Source of the DNA: the human T2T-CHM13v2.0 reference genome, Homo sapiens
Strand: one strand, 5' to 3'
Length of the DNA stretch: 64,000 bases
NCBI RefSeq assembly: GCF_009914755.1
Contig: NC_060941.1
Under the pieces are notes generated by a model. It was not told the origin of the DNA and did not search any database. It saw only the letters and a list, made by a program, of their open reading frames with translations. Numbering within the stretch: the first letter of the stretch is position 1; every line of letters starts with the position of its first letter. Of this stretch, positions 60,915 to 64,000 are shown piece after piece. The position numbers and the translations under genes are program-made.

Positions 60915-62181
60915 TAGTTTGAGAAGACACATTTTCTTCTAAACAACTTAATGACTTTTTCGGTGTGGCTGGGAGTCTCAGTAGGCTCTACTGAGGTGTG
61001 GTTTGAACGGCCACTTTGCCTCTCATATAATGGTCCCAGAAAATTATGCTTTTTAAATCTTGGGTCTGCTTCGTAGTTTTTTTTTTTTTTTTTTTTTTCA
61101 TTTATTCCATTATTGCTGCCAGGTCTTGTGGCCTCTGTGCATTTACCTCTAGAAACCTGGTTCTTTTCACCTTAAAAATGTTCTGCTTTACTATAATCTA
61201 TGGATGGGAGAAACCAGAGAACCCAACATGGTAGAAATGTGGATTGAGGAAGGAGGCTCTGGGGGAAACCATAGACTCTCCTCTAGGTTAGGTAGGGCTT
61301 TCATGAGCAGGCTTAGTCTGTTTTATCAGCTCTGATCTCTTCTGGCCTATCAGATAAAAGAATTTGCCTTTTTTTTTGTTAAGGGAAGGAGTTTGAAATC
61401 TTCTCCAGTCAAGGCACTATTTAACAATTGGCTCTCCATGGCTGACTTAATGCTAATTTTCTCATCACCATTCAACATAGCTTCCTCCTTACCTCATCTG
61501 TCTTTGTGAATGCAGCCCCCATTTTATAAGCACAACCTCTAGAAAACCTGGTTTTATCTAACTAAGAGACCTATCACATCCAGGAAGTTGCCAAAGGAGA
61601 AAATCGAGAAAAGGTAGTTGTGTGACGTTGGGCTAGTTACCTGATCTCTGTCTGTTTTCTCATCTGTGAAAGAGCAATCGTAATGATTGCCTTATGGTCA
61701 TTGTAAGAAATGAGGATGAGTTAAATGGAATAGTGCCTAGCATGTAGTAAATGCTCAAAAAAGCTATTATCATTAATATTATCATCATTATCACAGATGG
61801 GGTGTGTTAATCACAGATTAACACTGATGTGGGATTGGGCCACCCTGGGAGGGTGTTTGGACAGAGGCCAATGTGAGCCATATTTACCTGATGAGAGAGA
61901 TCAATCCATTGTTGGAACAGACGTCTTCATGTGCCTTTGTCCTCGCTCCCTTTCTGTGATAGTGCAGAGTAGAGTCTCCCTCCCCCTCCTCCTCCTCCCC
62001 CTTTCATCCTTTCTTCCTTCCATCATTTTCATATCTGATTACAAGAGTAATATATGTTCCTTGTAGAAACTTTGAAAAGCATGAAAGAAAATTGAAACAC
62101 TCTTAAAAATGTATATATAGAGAGAACTTTTCGAAGCTGAGATCATCCTGTACTTTTTGCTCTATAGCCTGCTTTCATTTT

Positions 62182-63071
62182 TTATTTTCTTTCTTTTTTA
62201 ATATTTAAAGAGATACATTCTGAGCCAAATGTGAAGACCATGACCCATGACAGCTTCAGGAGGTCCTGAGAACATGTGCCCAAGGTGGTTGGGTTACAGC
62301 TTGGTTTTATACATTTTCGTGAGACATAATGACTAGTCTAAACATTAAAACAGAGATCTTAATACAAAAGAGACCCTTTGTGGCAATGAGATACCAAATT
62401 CCAACCTGACTCTAGTATAACATCTTAACATCACATGACAGATAGCAGGCCCTGAAAGAAAGAAACAAAAACAAAAGTATTTTATCCTAAAATAGATTTC
62501 TTTGATATATTTTGAAATGGCCCTGCAAAGCTGTCTCTTGTGGGAGAAATTTACATTCTGTAGAGAATCCCCTTCCCTTTCTAGGTAATTTTCTGATCCT
62601 GAAAAGATTAACTGAGATCCTAGCACCTTTTAAAGGTCTGAATGGGAAACATTTGTCGTCTATTGCCTTTAAGGGTGGCTACCTATGAGACTTCATCTAC
62701 ATAATAAGAACCTTGTGCTCCACAACCCCTTATCTTAACCCAGACACTTGTTTCTATTGATTCCAGGTCTTTAATAACTCTTTTTCTTTTTATTTTATTT
62801 TTATTTTTTTTTGAGCCAGAGTCTCACTCACTCTATGGCCCAGGCTGGAGTGCAGTGGCGTGATCTCGGCTCACTGCAACATCCACCCCCTGGGCTCAAG
62901 TGCACACCACCATGCCTGGCTAATTTTATACTTTTAGTAGAGATGGGGTTTTGCCATGTTGCCCAGGCTGGTCTCGAACTCCTGATTCTGAGCTCAAGCA
63001 ATCCGCCCACCTTGGCCTCCCAAAATGATGGGATTACAGGCTTCGGCCACTGCACCTAGCTGATAATAATT
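62182..63071 (-). mobile_element. Rearranged MER4-family LTR (3' part on -, middle part on +) with an Alu (-, 62780-63060) inserted
   Basis: 62199-62330 is the reverse complement of the MER4 3' region; 62330-62780 is the MER4D/E middle region in sense; CTTTCATTTT on both flanks. Confidence 0.75.
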
Positions 63072-64000
63072 CTTTCATTTTCATTGGACGATAAACTATG
63101 AGTGTTATTGAGTACCGCTCCTGTGTAGCATTTCATCAAATGGATTTCAACCTGGAGTTGGAAGAGACCACTGAGGATTGAAGGTAGATTGGTTTTCCTG
63201 GGTGAGCTCAGAGAATCCACCCTTGGCCCACTTCTGTATTGTAAGACTTGCTTTTTTCTAACTGAGGGATGGAGTGCATTGCAGTTGGGTCCCTATGTTA
63301 TGTAATTGTGGGGGTTGTAAGCTTGGATTGTAAGTGGAAGATTTGGGGACTTGGGATGATTTCAGATATAGGCAAGAATGGAGGAAGAATGATTGTAAGC
63401 TAAAGCAGTAACACGATTCAAGCTATTTATTCATTTGGTCATTATTGAGGACCTGCTGTATGCCACCACATGAGGCCAGATGCTCTTGATACAGAAATAA
63501 ATAAGAGGACCTTCTAGTTTCAGACAGCATCTGTCTCAGTGAGTGAAGACTTAAAAAACCAATTCATGCAGTAGGCTGTTAGAGATGCTCTCATTGAAAT
63601 CTATCCTGTCCCCAAAAGGAGTCTGAAGGAGGGAGTTGGCAAGGGGGGAGCTGGCAAAGGCTTTGTAGGGAGCAGGGCATTCTAGGTGGAGAGAGCCTGT
63701 AAACAAGGCCCCAGAGGTGTGAAACAGCTTGGATGGATTAGCTTAGCAGTAAAGAAGCAATAGCTACACCTTTTCATTTCTCAATCCACTTAATACTGGG
63801 TGGAGTAGCTGCACTTGTGAAATTTGGCGAACCTTAATATTCTTAAAGAAAAAGGCAGAAGGTATGTATTTCGAAAGCATCCTATAGTTTTCTTTCCGTC
63901 CTTTCTTTTGGAAAGTGTAGCTCACCCCCTGAAAAGCATAGAATTGGTTTCTGTTAACTCTGGTGTTTGCTGTCTGCCTGCCCACCCAGTGCCCATTCAT

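Noticed and set aside
63764-64000. ORF at the window end as a possible pseudogene fragment
   Set aside because: No recognisable protein similarity; truncated by the window.

Overview
Primate (very probably human) genomic DNA covering the CpG-island promoter, coding exon 1 and about 61.6 kb of intron 1 of KSR1 (kinase suppressor of Ras 1, a MAPK scaffold) on the + strand. The only real CDS is 2120-2350 ([17 protein letters not shown]...[10 protein letters not shown] donor at 2351). The other ORFs in the track look like CpG-island, Alu, VNTR or chance ORFs. Two probable non-coding exons (17486-17556 and 29134-29327) fit my recollection of the 5' UTR of the shorter KSR1 isoform. The rest is Alu, MIR, L2, L1, LTR and DNA-transposon sequence plus an 18-bp VNTR. 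I found no new multi-gene system. The most interesting observations are: (i) a possible translational/splicing switch controlling the KSR1 N-terminus (an overlapping uORF, and a stop-containing exon bracketed by inverted Alus); (ii) a MER4 LTR transcript apparently retrotransposed by L1 with a twin-priming inversion; (iii) several templated-insertion or template-switch scars, including an older LTR-internal fragment sitting inside a younger Alu. Repeat family names come from remembered consensus sequences, not database searches, and repeat boundaries are approximate unless a TSD is given.
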